From NCBI GenBank assembly GCA_008632985.1, contig QPGO01000108.1:114476-178475 (forward strand): a stretch of 64,000 nucleotides of DNA, given 5' to 3'. The translations under genes and the position numbers were made by a program. Origin of the DNA: Psammoneis japonica (Eukaryota). This document shows positions 11,901 through 23,922 of this stretch, piece after piece; position 1 is the first letter of the stretch, and each line of letters begins with the position of its first letter. The notes under the pieces are model-generated. The model did no database searches and was not told the DNA's origin. It worked only from the letters and a program-made list of their open reading frames with translations.

Positions 11901-14900
11901 TCCACCACAAAGCTGGTGAGCTCAATTGAACTTGTTGCAGTTGCACCACACACAATTGCGCACTTGCCTCCCTTCCCATTGGGCTTTGGCATGCTCTGCC
12001 TTGTCATGTGCATTGACTCATGGTCTGGTTTGTTTCTCATTGATGTCTCTCAAGAAGTGAGAAAGTGAGTGTTTTTGCCACAGTGATGCACTGCCCTTCA
12101 TTGTGCCGTGCTCTGTGCATTTGCACATTTGAGCCTGTCCACCTTGTGCCACATCCAACAGTCAGGTGCATCCCACCCATCATTTTAAAAACTTGGCATG
12201 CCCTGTGATTGGTCCAAATTTTTTGCAGACTGCGCTTGCTTGTCAATTCAAACACTGTGTCTGTCATCTGCACCAGCATGCAAATCTGCCTTTCTGCCAT
12301 GCATCATGCTTCCATGTCCTGATGATGCCTTTTCTCTGTGTGAGATCCATCTGTGCTTCATCCCAGCAACGCTTTGACAACTTTCCCAATTGACTCCATT
12401 GGCCTCCAGACTGTGGCAGCCCCTGCAACGCCAGGGCCTTGTCTGGCTGGGCATTTGGGTTTGCGATGCAAGCTCCCAACTTGTTCCAGTTGTCCTTGTT
12501 TGGAGATGCCATCCTTTGAGTGCCAAAACCTGACCGCCTTGCCCAGGTCAGCCATCATGTGTCATCCCAGCCACAAAAATTCTGCAACACATGCCTGGAG
12601 TGCTGCCTTCTGTGATCCAACCAGCAGCTTTCTTCATTTGGTTGTCCACCTCCTTCAACACCCTTTTCTGGTTGGAATCTGCACACTGCATTCATTGGTT
12701 GTAAATTCTGGTGGTGCTCTCTGCAACACTCTTGCCCACATTTCCTCCACAATGTCTCTCTCTGACTTTGGGTTGTCCACTGTCAATTCATGCCATGGCA
12801 AACTCCGTCCACTGTCACTCCACCAACTCTGCCCTCATCTTCACTCCCAAGTTTGCTGCTGTTGTCTTCACTGTCAGCATTGCTCAGCCAAATTTTTGGT
12901 CCATCCACCACATTCATGCACTCATGACAAAACAGCAATTCTTCCATGTTGTCATGGATGCATTGCTCAAATGCCACACCAACATTCTCCATTCCCCTCC
13001 ATTTGCTGGGAACCAACTCAGGAACATGGGCGTGGGCAATGGGCAATCCAAGACAGGGACCGGGCACAGAAGATGGGGCAGACTGGGACCAACAAATGCT
13101 CGTTGGTTGCTGAGGCTTTCTGGGAGTGAAGCGGAAGTGCAAGAATTGGATGAATGTGACATGGACAACATTGTGTGAGCAGGAGGCAAAACTTGACTCA
13201 GGACAGAAGAGATGGTGCAAGGGAGACCAGGAGTCAAAAATTGACAGGATGCATTGGATGCTGTGGTTGGAAGATGGGGCTGTTGTGCTGAAATGGAAGA
13301 AGGGGATCTGCCCCCATCAAGGCAGGTGATGCACTAGAAACAACCAGGGAAGCAACACTTGGCTGGGTCACAGAGCACAGGGTTCCACCCAGTGCACCAT
13401 TGCCAACCACATGTGAACCGGGGTTGCCAACATTGTCAGCGCAGATGAGGGGAAAGCCCAGAAAGGCATCACCCAGGCAAGTGGCATGGGCTGTGGAATG
13501 AACCCCATTGGTGCAATCAGCTGCACCTGCGCCAAAAGTGAGGACCATGGGATGAACCCTGGAAGCACAGTCTCCTGCTCCAATGGAGGAACCAAGTGCA
13601 TTGCCAACATTGCATTTGGGGCAGTTAGAGTCATTGCGTGCATCATCATTTGAGGGCAACTGCAATGAGGAAGCTGTGCTCCCAACCAAGGTGGGGGGCA
13701 TGGGATGGACCCTGGCAGCATCCTCAGTCAGCAGCTGTTGCACCTCCAGACAACCGCTGGCTGCACCCCCCAACAAAATGAGCGGCCATGGGAGGAACCC
13801 TGGTGGCCACGTGATTGTTGCATGCACCAAGACCTGCACCCCCACCAATGTGGGGGCCATTGGATGAACCCTGGCAGAATCATCAATGGGAACGACCACT
13901 CCAAAATGACCTCCAGGTGCACCGCTGACAAATGCAGGGGACATGGCAGTGGCCTCCACAAAGGGCATGATTGGGGGAGCAACACATTGGGGCTGACAAA
14001 TGTGCCAATTGGGGAGGAAATGTTGCAATGGACCTGTTGAGTGCACTCTGATGCTGCCTCTTGGTCAAATGAACATGAGAGGAGCCTCTGTGCACAGTTG
14101 ATTTGCTCTGTGGAAATGAGGGCCCACCCATTGTGCATCAGCAGCATTGGACAATGCTCAGCCAGCAAACAGCAGGTTGATGAACTCAAAACCAACAGGA
14201 AGCAAAATGCCAGAAAACATGGAGAAATTTGGACAACAGAAAGGAAATTTCAGAATGTGGAAACTGCTCTGAAGGACAAGAACAAACAGGGACAGAGGTG
14301 CATCAACAGCACATTGTTGCACTTCAAATGTTGGCTGCCAAGGGCTGAGAAGAGAGAAGGTGGCTGTTGCAACAATGAAAAATTGCAGAAAAAGAGACAA
14401 CAGAAAATTAAAATTTTGTGGCATGTGCAGTTTGCAAGACACACACAAGTTGAAATTTTTGATGCTGTCACAGGAGGCCAGAGCAGCACATGAAATGAAG
14501 ACAAGATGAGGGTGCAACAACACTTGCTGTCAGTGAAAAAGAGTCTGCATGCATGAGTTGGGAGGCCAAATGCAGAAATGGAAACAACGGGGTGGTGTGG
14601 GACTGTTCACAGAGGAAAAGTCAAGTTGAAATCGGGACATCTGCACCTGACACTGCAGCTCCTCCTGCAGTGTCATCACAGGTCCCACAGGAGGCACAAA
14701 GGGTGCCATCACAACAATGGAGATTGGCCAAATTGCACTGAGGTTGGCATTCATTAAATGCAGGAAATCCACCAGAGCCATGCAGGACTTGCACTGCCCC
14801 CCCTCTGATGCCTTTTTCCAGACTGACTTGTGGGGTTCAGGTTGTGCATCAAAAAACAACTTTGGCTCAGGCGCTTGTTTCCAAACAACAAATTGTTTTG

Positions 14901-14959
14901 CTTTGGCAGATGCTGGCAACTCTGGCATCATTGTGACTGAAAAATGAAGTGCATGGCAT

Positions 14960-15245
14960 TGTCAACTGTCTCTTGTTTTTGCTTGTGTTCAGCTTGTGAC
15001 CACTTCACTCGTGTCGCTCAATTTTGTGAGGTGCTGCATTTCACAGCACTTCCGCTGAATCTCGAAAACAGAATGATTGATGAAAAAAAGCAATGACAGC
15101 ACATTGAACATTGTTGGTTGTCTCTTGTTTTTGCTTGTGTTCGGCTTGTGACTGCTTTTGCTTGTGTCGCTCGATTTTGTGAGGTGCCACGTTTCACAGC
15201 GCTTCCACCGAATCTCCATCCAAAACACAAAATGAATGATGAAAG
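14960..15245. repeat. Tandem duplication, period about 152 bp
   Basis: TGTCTCTTGTTTTTGCTTGTGTTC begins at 14967 and again at 15119; the copies differ mainly at CA/TG/CG dinucleotides. Confidence 0.9.
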
Positions 15246-15501
15246 GCAGTGGAGTGAACCAATGAATGTAAAAGGATGTCCAGCCTTTTTTATGATGTAA
15301 TTTCGAAAAAGAAGGTCAGATTTTGCGTTGGCGGGATTGGTCGGGATTGAGGATTGAGGAGAAACAAACAAGAAGCAAGCATTGGACAAGATCAAGCATG
15401 AATCGCATCATCAAGTCACATCTCATTGACGAGAAACCCTTGTGGATTATCAAGTCAAAGAGGAAAAAGGGAAAACAAAAATGCTGCAAGGACCGTCAAG
15501 A

Positions 15502-17497
15502 ATGATGATTCTTGGGACAAACAAGCGATTTGTTGCTGCGGTGCTTTCGGCATTCGTTGCCATCACATCTGCACGAGCAGAGAAAGCTGCAAAGCCCAAT
15601 TTTGTCGTCATTGTGACGGATGATCAGGGTGTTGATGACTGCGGTTTCCGACAGCCGCCTCTAGAAACACCGAACATGGACAAAATGATGAAGGAAGGCG
15701 TTCAGTTTACCAGATTTTACACAGGATCCTCTGCGGCAAGCTCCATCTTTGTCAAAGTTAGCACAACCACCCAATCGGTGATGCTAGTTTCCATCGCATG
15801 CCGGTGCACTGCTGATGTTGCTCATCTTTGCCCCTGATTTGTTGTCTCTCTCAGCACCAACTCGATCTCAACCAATGACAGGAAGGAACTTTTTTCGCAC
15901 TGGGACAGCTTCAGTGGGATTTGGTGGAGATGCACCACACCTTGATGAGTGCTTGGTGGGTCAAGCCCTGCAAGATGCCGGCTGCGTCACTGGTGTGGTT
16001 GGAAAATGGAATCTCGGCACTTCAGATGCTGAGCTGCCGCATCGCCGAGGTTTCAGCGAGACGTGGGAAGTCACAGGCTTAGAAGTCCGCACCAACGGCA
16101 AATGCGATCATTTCAATGCCCCGTTTGCTCACAACGGAGAACACCAGGGCATTCTTGAGGGCTGGCAGGTGGAGCGTGTTACGGAGAAAGCGCTGGACTT
16201 CATCCAGGAAAACAAGGACGACCCCTTCTTCCTCTACATTCCTTGCTCCCAACCACATGAACCTTGGCCATGCCCGAAGGAATTGCAACAGAAGCACATG
16301 GACAAAGGCATCAGTGAATCACATGCCATGTTCCTTGGGATGATGGAGCAAATTGACACTCAGGTGGGACGCGTTCTCAACACAGTGGAGACACATGGCC
16401 TCTCTGATGACACGATTGTGATGTTTTTCGGCGACAATGGTCCCACTCCAAAGACTGGGCTTCTCCAGCAGAAGAAAAAGGACGGAAAGTTCTTTCTGAC
16501 AGGTGGGCGGTACGAAATGATCAAGGAGGAGTGGGATGCCCGAAACCCGACGGGTTTGAGATCCAAGAAGGCTGCCGGATGGGAAAATGCTGTGCGAAAC
16601 CGTCTCGGAGTCTGCTGCCCGGCGAGATTCAACGCCAAAGTGGTCAAAGATGAGATGACCGTTGTTCACGACATTTGTCCCACGCTGCTAAACTTGGCAG
16701 GGCACTTCGATGCCCACACGTCACGAGAAGATTGTTTGCCTTTTGATGGGAGAAGCTTTGGGAGCTTGCTTGTTGACGACGATGCTGAGTGGCCGAAAGA
16801 ACGTGGACACCTCATGGGACAACCCGGAACGCCGCACGCTGAGGAAAGCAAAGATGGATGGCACTGTCGTTTCACGAAGAAGCGCTCTCTGCCTGTTGAC
16901 AGCCGGAGCACAGCATTTCTTTTGGGTTGCTGGGTTGTCGTCAATGACGAAGGGGTTTGGGGGCTGTTCGATCTTTCCAAGGACCCCAAACAATTGGTGG
17001 ATCTCAAGGAGACCCGGCCTCGAAAATTCCGGATCATGCGGAAAGCCCATTTTGCAGCGTTGTCAAGAATTCGTGAAGACCCGCATGCATGGTCTGATCC
17101 GGTCCAGGTCGTTGGCTTTCCCGACATTGAGAAACCACATCTGGAAATGTACTGCGCCTTCCGATACAAAGGGGTCAACAAAGTGTCTTGGTTCTGCACT
17201 TTCTTCCGTGAGCTCGGAGCCGTCCAGGAATCGAAAATCAGGGCACTCAAGTCCGCCAAGTACAACGTCGAGCTTCGCGCACTGGGCGTGCCACCAGGAA
17301 CAAAAATTGAGTTTCGTGTCGGTCGCCGGACACGGACAGTATCTCTCAACGAGGGTGAAAAGATGCACAAGCTAGGGCGATTCAAGTTCAAGAAAGGAGA
17401 GGATGCCATCGGAATGACAGTACTCGAATCTGACGACTTGGACCTCCTTCGACGTATGAAAGTTTACAGTTTGCTACTTACGAAAGTGAGCGATTGA
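15502..17497 (+). pseudogene. Arylsulfatase-family gene, probably being inactivated
   Basis: Signal peptide, KPNFVVIVTDDQG, TPNMD, (C)APTR..MTGR, GKWNLG, PFFLY..PH, DTIVMFFGDNG. The putative intron 15736-15854 has a GC donor and needs one extra base near 15729 to give the catalytic CAPTR. Many expected Tyr residues read Cys or His. Confidence 0.85.
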
Positions 17498-17814
17498 CGG
17501 AGACATCGTCCTCTATCGAAACCGAGGTCTAGATGTTCCCAACATTTTTGATTTTCTCCGCGACTGTAGCTAGAGAACAAAATCTTATTCAGTATGTTTC
17601 AATAGACTTACTAGAGAGATAGATTATGATATATTTGGCTACTGTTTATCGGATGCAGTCTTTAGCAGCAGGACAAAAGCTAGTATGCCCGTGCCCGCCA
17701 CAACGCTCATCCACTTCTCGTCTTGCTTTTTGCGGGCTTTTTTCATCTCTTCGATCGGCGATCGCTTTTGGTTCTGTTGCTGTTTTGGCTTTTCCTGACT
17801 ACCCAACTCCAAGG

Positions 17815-18450
17815 TTACCGCCCATCCTCCATGTGTTCCACGTTTGAAAAAAGACGCTTTGATGCCCGGCGTGATAAGTTGGTGATGGTGCCATAGGGCC
17901 CTACATGCTTCAACGACCGTGACAAGGTCTGCGTGGCATTCTCTTGGTCATCATTGGTAGACAGTAACTCAAAAAAGGCATTCCGACAGTTCTCCTGGAC
18001 ATCGTGGGCCTTCCAATCTTCTTCAGCTTGATCCTTCATAACAACGTACTCGTTAAAGATTCGTTCAAAGTAGGATATCAGCCGAGGATAATCTTGGAGA
18101 ATCGAAATCAAATGAATGTTTCCGAGTGCATCCGCCAAGTGCAACCACAGCATGGCATCCACAATGGTTGGTTTGGATGACGATACGAGAAAGTCTTTGG
18201 ACAGGCATTTTCAAGACGCTGTAGCATTCCCGAGCGATTTCTATTGCTTGATTGACGTAAAGTGCGTTGGAGCGTCGCCGTGCCAGAGTGGCTTCAGTCC
18301 TGGCTTGTAGGGGGGCCAAAAACCAACAGGAACCAAAATCACCGCGGCTGGCTTGCAAACAGTGGGGACGATAGACTTGACGCCACGTGTGGTCATCCCG
18401 AAAGTGGAGAGTATCCAGAACGACGCTTAATTTCGTGACAATCAAATTCT
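17815..18450 (-). pseudogene. Metaxin/GST-C-like gene fragment, frameshifted and 5'-truncated
   Basis: TKL..VLDTLHF.D..W.QVYRP, then AIEIARECYSVL, then in a different frame KPTIVDAMLWLHLA..LQDYPRLISYFERI, which resembles metaxin C-terminal motifs. Confidence 0.55.
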
Positions 18451-18453
18451 GGA

Positions 18454-18998
18454 CATGCAACGCCGTTCAGAATGTAACCAAGTTCTGTTCGAGATCCGAT
18501 TCAACGCCAGCAAGGCAGAAATCAAAATTGCTCCTTGGGAATGAGCAAGAACAACATGTGGTTCTTCCTCTTGGAGAGCCTTCATCACCATGTTCTCACT
18601 AGTTTCAAACCCGATATACTTGTCAGCGTTAAACGAGCGTTCTCCCGGGTTCATTGTCCACCACGCATATCCCGATCCTTTGGAGTATGGTGCTGTAAGT
18701 GATGTAATTTTCAGCTCAATCCCATGTTGCTGGTAAAGGCTCTTTTTCAAGGGAACTAATCTTTCTGTAAACTCTCGACCGTTTCCTTCGCTCCCGTGCA
18801 ACGCCAACAGCTTCAATGTCCTGGTACTCGAGCCACTACAAGCGTCAGACGATTGTTGGTTTGCCATGTTGCATGCGGTGAGAGAAACGAATGAGACTCG
18901 ATGCTGCTGACTTCCAAGAAACTGCCACGAGAACCCAGCTACTGTCCTATTCAACACAAGCGCAAGTACCATCAACAAGCAGAGACCACAAGTGCTCA
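18454..18998 (-). pseudogene. Truncated duplicate of the FSH1 serine hydrolase
   Basis: Nearly identical to 10618-11168, but has a 5-nt deletion near 18486, and homology ends at about 18454, removing the catalytic Asp and His. Confidence 0.9.
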
Positions 18999-19194
18999 TT
19001 GCGCCGGCCAACGACAGTGGTGTCCCACACAACCATAGTGGCAGACGATACTTCGTCTACTCAAGCTTGCCTTGTTGGCTCGTGTTAGTGAGTTAGTGCG
19101 TGAGTGCGGTGTGCGCAGTCGTGGCGTCTGTCCACCGACCCGAATTCTCTATTGTGTCTGTACTTCGACTTGCGCCATCCGACGTGGCGTTCTT

Positions 19195-19800
19195 GAGACC
19201 AGGAACGATTGGTCCACTGTCCAACCTTTGCAGCGACACCTCTGCTGTTCATCACGAGCTGACAAATGACACAAGTGGCTGTCCAGCAGTTCCTCTCAGA
19301 GCCAATGTCTGTCAGCCATTGACAAGAAGATGCAAAAAGAGAAAGGTGCAGCCAGAGGAGCTTGACGAAGTCTGGCCGTGCACTCTGAGGGCCAACTCAG
19401 GGAAACCATTTGGAGGTGCAAACATGGTGTTTGCAGGTGATCTCAGATGACCAGAGCTGGTTGGGCATGGAATGCATCACCAACACACAAAGAGAAGCGT
19501 GCACTGAGTCCTTCCAAGAGGAGCGGGCAGGGTCAACCTCCAGAACACTTTGCAGATGGCAAAGTGAGTCTTGAGGACACTGACTCAATTGATGAAAGAG
19601 TCATTGTCAAATGCACTCACAGCAGCTTGCTCCAGATGCTGAACATGCCAAGGTGCCCTGCTCATGGAAACCAAGACAGTGATTCTGTCAATGCTGCTCT
19701 CCTGTTTGAAAGGGCGACAAGTTGTGCGAAGGACATGAAAAAGTGGTTGGCTCTGCAGGTGCACTCAGCAACAACTTGCACAAGTCTGGGCAGCACAGAC
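19195..19800 (+). mobile_element. PIF1-like helicase remnant, copy 2
   Basis: GKPFGGANMVFAGDLR* and N.D.DSVNAALLFE; aligns to 11365-11900. Confidence 0.6.
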
Positions 19801-19819
19801 CTTTTTTTCAACCCGCAGG

Positions 19820-21160
19820 GTGCTCCAACCTCCTGAATGACTGGCTTGAGACATGCAAAACTAGCCTCACCCCGATGGAACGCAAGCATCTGAAACATTG
19901 TCTTGAAACCAACAAAGACCCGTTCCCCGTCTTCCACCTTGCTCTAAAGGTGCACAAGCCCCCTCCGCTCCAATCCCAACCGATCGTCTCTGCCAGCGGT
20001 GGCCTGCTCTATGGCTTGGGCATCTGGGTGGATGACAAGCTCCAGAAAGTTGCCCGCCGCCAACGATCACATTTCAAGAGCTCCCTGGACCTGAAACAAG
20101 CTCTTGTCCAAATGGAAATGCCGTCGCATTGCCTCCTCTTCACATCCGACACCGAGGCCTGCTGCTCCAACACACCTGCCAGAAAAGCACTTCGATTGAT
20201 TGCCTCCCACCTCTGACGTCATGAACATGAACATGATGACGTGCCAATGGATGCCCTCATCAAAGCCCTCCGAATTGTGATGGAAAACAATGTGTTCACC
20301 TTCGGAGACACCACTTGGCACCAGCGCAACGGAACCGCCATGGGCACACCACCCGCCCCTCCATGCGCCACCTTGTGCTGCGCACTCCATGAAGACATGC
20401 TCCTGGAGGAGTTTAGCTCCCAGCTTCTTCATCACACAAATGATTTGTCGATGACGTCTTCAGCATTTGGCACATCACTGACACTGCCACTGATGCCGCC
20501 ACCTGGGAAGCATTTGCCTCCAGACTGAATGACTTCGACATCACATGGATCACGAGCCCACAAAGCCACCAAGTTAACTTCATGGACCTGACGATCTCGC
20601 TCCAAGGCCCCCACATCCACACCACCCTCTACGAAAAAGAAATGAATCTGTGCATGTGCATCCCACCTCACTCAGCTCACCCGCCTGGAGCACTCACCGG
20701 CCTCATTGTGGGTGTGCTCCACCACTTTAAAAACCTGTGCTCCAACACCGCCGACGCAAAAGCAAAAGTGAGCCTGATCCACCTTTGACTGCAAGCCCAG
20801 GGTTGCAAACCCAGCAAACTACAACCGCTCTTCCGAAAAGCACATGACCTCATCTTTGGCAATGCTGACAGAACAACAGAAGAGCCCCAGTCAAACCCAA
20901 TCTTCCTGCACCTTCCTTGCCACCCAAACAACCCACCATCCAGTGAACTGCAGAAATTGTGGAAAGGTGCAATGGCCAACCCTCCCCACTCAGAACCTCT
21001 CTCAAACCTCCAAAATCATGCCTGACAACGCATCAGCCTCAACTGCATGGTTGTTTGTTGCAGTCGCTCCTGCAATCTTAGAAATCTCCTTTCCTGCCGC
21101 ACACTCCGAGCCTCCCATGGCCCCCCAGTTTCGTCCCATCGGATTGCAAACATGGAGGCC

Positions 21161-21163
<3 letters not shown>
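19820..21163 (+). mobile_element. Penelope-like retroelement, 5'-truncated RT copy
   Basis: LKVHKPP, RNGTAMGTPPAPP(Y)AT, FVDD, NFMDLTI, TTLYEK, IPPHSAHPPG, FLHLP(Y)HP and terminal C(Y)SR..NL.NLLS; ends in (GA)n; no GIY-YIG seen. Confidence 0.85.
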
Positions 21164-21197
<34 letters not shown>

Positions 21198-21282
21198 AAC
21201 TTGACTTGAATTGAGTCGATTTAATCAACCCATCTGTCCTTCTTCGGATCTTTTTAACGCAACAATGCCCACCGCACGTTGA

Positions 21283-21352
21283 CAACAACAGCCGGCCGCT
21301 GATGAAGCCACTGCAAAAGTCTCACTCTCCTGATTTTGGCCAACATTGTTGT
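21283..21352 (+). ncRNA. Type I hammerhead ribozyme motif (degenerate)
   Basis: GGCCG-CTGATGA at 21299; CGAAA has decayed to CAAAA; stems I and III are recognisable. Confidence 0.6.
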
Positions 21353-21960
21353 GCCTGCCATTGCTGAAATAGTTGGACAAATGTCCGATTGAGCAGCTCT
21401 GCCTCAGCTGCTTGTGTTGTCATTGTTTGTCACATTTGACGGAAAATTGGCTTCACCAATTTTGATCATTCATTCGAGAGAGAGAGAGATGGGTTTTCAG
21501 CCAAAAGGAGAACAGATCCAGTTTTGCACAAGGGTGTGCAGGGTGTGGAGTTGTGGTGCCTCACAGCATTGACATGCTTGTGGTGGTGAAAGTGGAGCTC
21601 ATGCAGCTGTTGTGAAAAAAGCCACATGCTGGGGCCAGGAGAAGAATGACCTTTGCCACCAGCACGCCTTTGGGCAGCACTGCTGCTTTTGCTCCTGCTG
21701 TGAATGCAACACAGAGGAGGGGGACCACACCCCCCATTGCAGACCCAATGGTCAAACCCAAGTCAACCTCATTTGTGAGACATTTGCCAAACATCCCATG
21801 GTGGGCATGACCACAGAGATGAGAGAGAGAGAGAGAGAGAGAGGAAGCATGCAAGAGAGACAGCGCGTGGTGAACTGACTTGAAAAACAATTGATCTAAT
21901 CAACTTGCCTGTCCTCCACCACCACTTGGATCTTTTTAATGCAACAACCTCAACCACATT

Positions 21961-22008
21961 AACAACAACAGCCAGCCACTGATGAAGCCATCGCGAAAGT
22001 CTCACTCC
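21961..22008 (+). ncRNA. Hammerhead motif with intact core, 3'-truncated
   Basis: CTGATGA-AGCCATCGC-GAAA-GTC at 21979-22001; the 3' strands of stems III and I are missing. Confidence 0.55.
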
Positions 22009-22095
22009 ATGCATTGGCTTGGAACGCAATGAACTGACCCACTTGCCTGTCCTCCACCACTCGGATCTTTTTAAAGCAACAACCTCAACCACATG

Positions 22096-22166
22096 AACAA
22101 CAACATCTGGCTGCTGATGAAGCCACCGTGAAAGTCTCACTCCTGACTTTGGCCAACGTTGTTGTG
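22096..22166 (+). ncRNA. Type I hammerhead ribozyme motif
   Basis: CTGATGA (22114)..GAAA-GTC-tcactcct-GAC-TT-TGGCC-aac-GTTGTTGT; both core boxes are present. Confidence 0.7.
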
Positions 22167-23062
22167 CCTGCCATTTGTCAAAACAGTTGGGCAAATGTCC
22201 GAACTGGCAGCTCTGCCTTTTTGAATGACCTGCCATTGAGCAAATTACAAAAACTCAGGAAAATGGACTGTGTCTCATCCTCCCTGCTTGCAACCACTTG
22301 CCAACCTTTGCAATCATGCTTGACAATGCATTGGCCTTGACTGCCTGATCACATGCTGCAGTTGCTCGCGCAACCTTGGCAACCTTCTTTCACATCGCAA
22401 CCTCCACATCTCCAATGGCCTCCCTGTTTTGTCCTGCCAGATTGCAAACAGGGGGGCCACCAAGAGAGAGAGAGAGAGAGAGAGACAGCACAGTGACTTG
22501 AACTCAAATTGAACCAGTTGATTCAAACCGCCTGTCCCTTGCCCCTTGGATTGTTTCAGCACAACAGCTCAGCTGCTTTTTCACAAAGCACATGGCCTCA
22601 TCTTTGGCAACACTGCAAGAGCACCAGAACCCCAAGACAACCCTCCAATCTTTCTGCATGCACCATTTCACCCAAATGATCCACCACCCAGCAAATTGCA
22701 AAAACTTTGGAAGGGAACCACAGCCCGCCCAGCCTGATCACCACCACTCTCCCAGCTCTGCAATCATGCCCACCAGCACATTGGACTTGACCGCATGATT
22801 GTCTGCTGCAGTTGATCATGCAACCTTGGCAACCTCTTGTCATGCCGCAACCTTCTCATCTCACCCCCCCCCCCCCCAGTTTCGTCCTGCCGGGTTGCAA
22901 ACAGGGAGGCCACTGATTGTTTGTTCGTTCGTTCGTTCGTTCGAGAGAGAGAGAGAGAGACAGTGTGTGGTGAACTGATTTGAACAAACAATCAATGCAG
23001 TCAACTCGCCCATCCCCCCCCACCACTCGGATCTTTCTAATGCAACAACCTCAACCACACAA

Positions 23063-23135
23063 ACAACAACAGCAGCCGGCCGCTGATGAAGCCACCACAA
23101 AAGTCCCACTCCTGACTTTGGCCAACGTTGTTGTG
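23063..23135 (+). ncRNA. Type I hammerhead ribozyme motif (degenerate)
   Basis: CTGATGA at 23083; GAAA box decayed; stems retained. Confidence 0.6.
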
Positions 23136-23402
23136 CCTGCTGTTTGCTGCAACAGTTGGATGAATGTCCAAACTGGTGGCTCCCACCTTGGCTGCTTGCA
23201 CTCTTGTTGGTCAAATTTGATGGAATTTTGTTTGTTCATTTGTTCATTTGTTCATTTGTTTGTTTGTTTGTTTGTTTGTTTGAGAGAGAGAGAGAGAGAG
23301 AGAGAGAGCACAGTGACTTGAATTCAAATTGAATGAGTCAATTCAAACTGCCTGTCCCTTGCCCCTTAGATTGTTTCAACACAACAGCTCACCACACATT
23401 GG

Positions 23403-23472
23403 CAACAGCAGCCGGCCGCTGATGAAGCCACTGCAAAAGTCTCACTCCTGACTTCAGCCAACACTGTTGTGC
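23403..23472 (+). ncRNA. Type I hammerhead ribozyme motif (degenerate)
   Basis: CTGATGA at 23419; GAAA box decayed. Confidence 0.6.
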
Positions 23473-23565
23473 CTGCTGTTCATCTAAATGGTTGGATGAC
23501 TGTCCAAATGGTGGCTCTGCCTTGGCTGCTTTATCTTGATGGAAAATTGGCTTTGCCAATTTGTT

Positions 23566-23600
<35 letters not shown>

Positions 23601-23716
23601 GCATGCAAGAGAGACAGCGTGTGGTGAACTGACTTGAAAAAACAATCAATCCAATCAACTCACCTGTCCTCCACCACCACTTGGATCTTTTCAATGCAAC
23701 AACCTCAACCACGTTA

Positions 23717-23786
23717 ACAACAACAGCCAGCCGCTGATGAGGCCACTGCAAAAGTCTCACTCCTGACTTTGGCCAATGTTGTTGTG
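23717..23786 (+). ncRNA. Type I hammerhead ribozyme motif (degenerate), immediately 5' of the long PLE
   Basis: CTGATGA at 23734; GAAA box decayed; stems retained. Confidence 0.6.
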
Positions 23787-23922
23787 CCTGCCATTTGTTG
23801 AAATGGTTGGACAAATGTCCGAATTGGCAGCTCTGCCTTGGCTGCTGTTGTCATCTGTTTGTCACATTTGATGGAGAATCAGCTGTGCCAATTCTGTTTG
23901 TTTGTAAAAGAGAGAGAGAGAG

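Larger units (their letters stand above)
21164..23922 (+). repeat. Array of about 300-bp hammerhead-containing modules, PLE 3' fragments and (GA)n / (TTCG)n-derived microsatellites
   Basis: Repeated unit GACTTGAA..GGATCTTTT..CTGATGA..GTTGGACAAATGTCC; (GA)n near 21164, 21476, 21820, 22463, 22943, 23282, 23568 and 23909; RT 3'-end fragments at about 22280-22460 and 22560-22915. Confidence 0.9.

Noticed and set aside
21164..23922. Repeated conserved motif with variable spacing, as a CRISPR-like array
   Set aside because: Units are about 300 bp, the spacers are homologous to each other, the context is eukaryotic and no cas genes are present; PLE hammerhead modules explain it.
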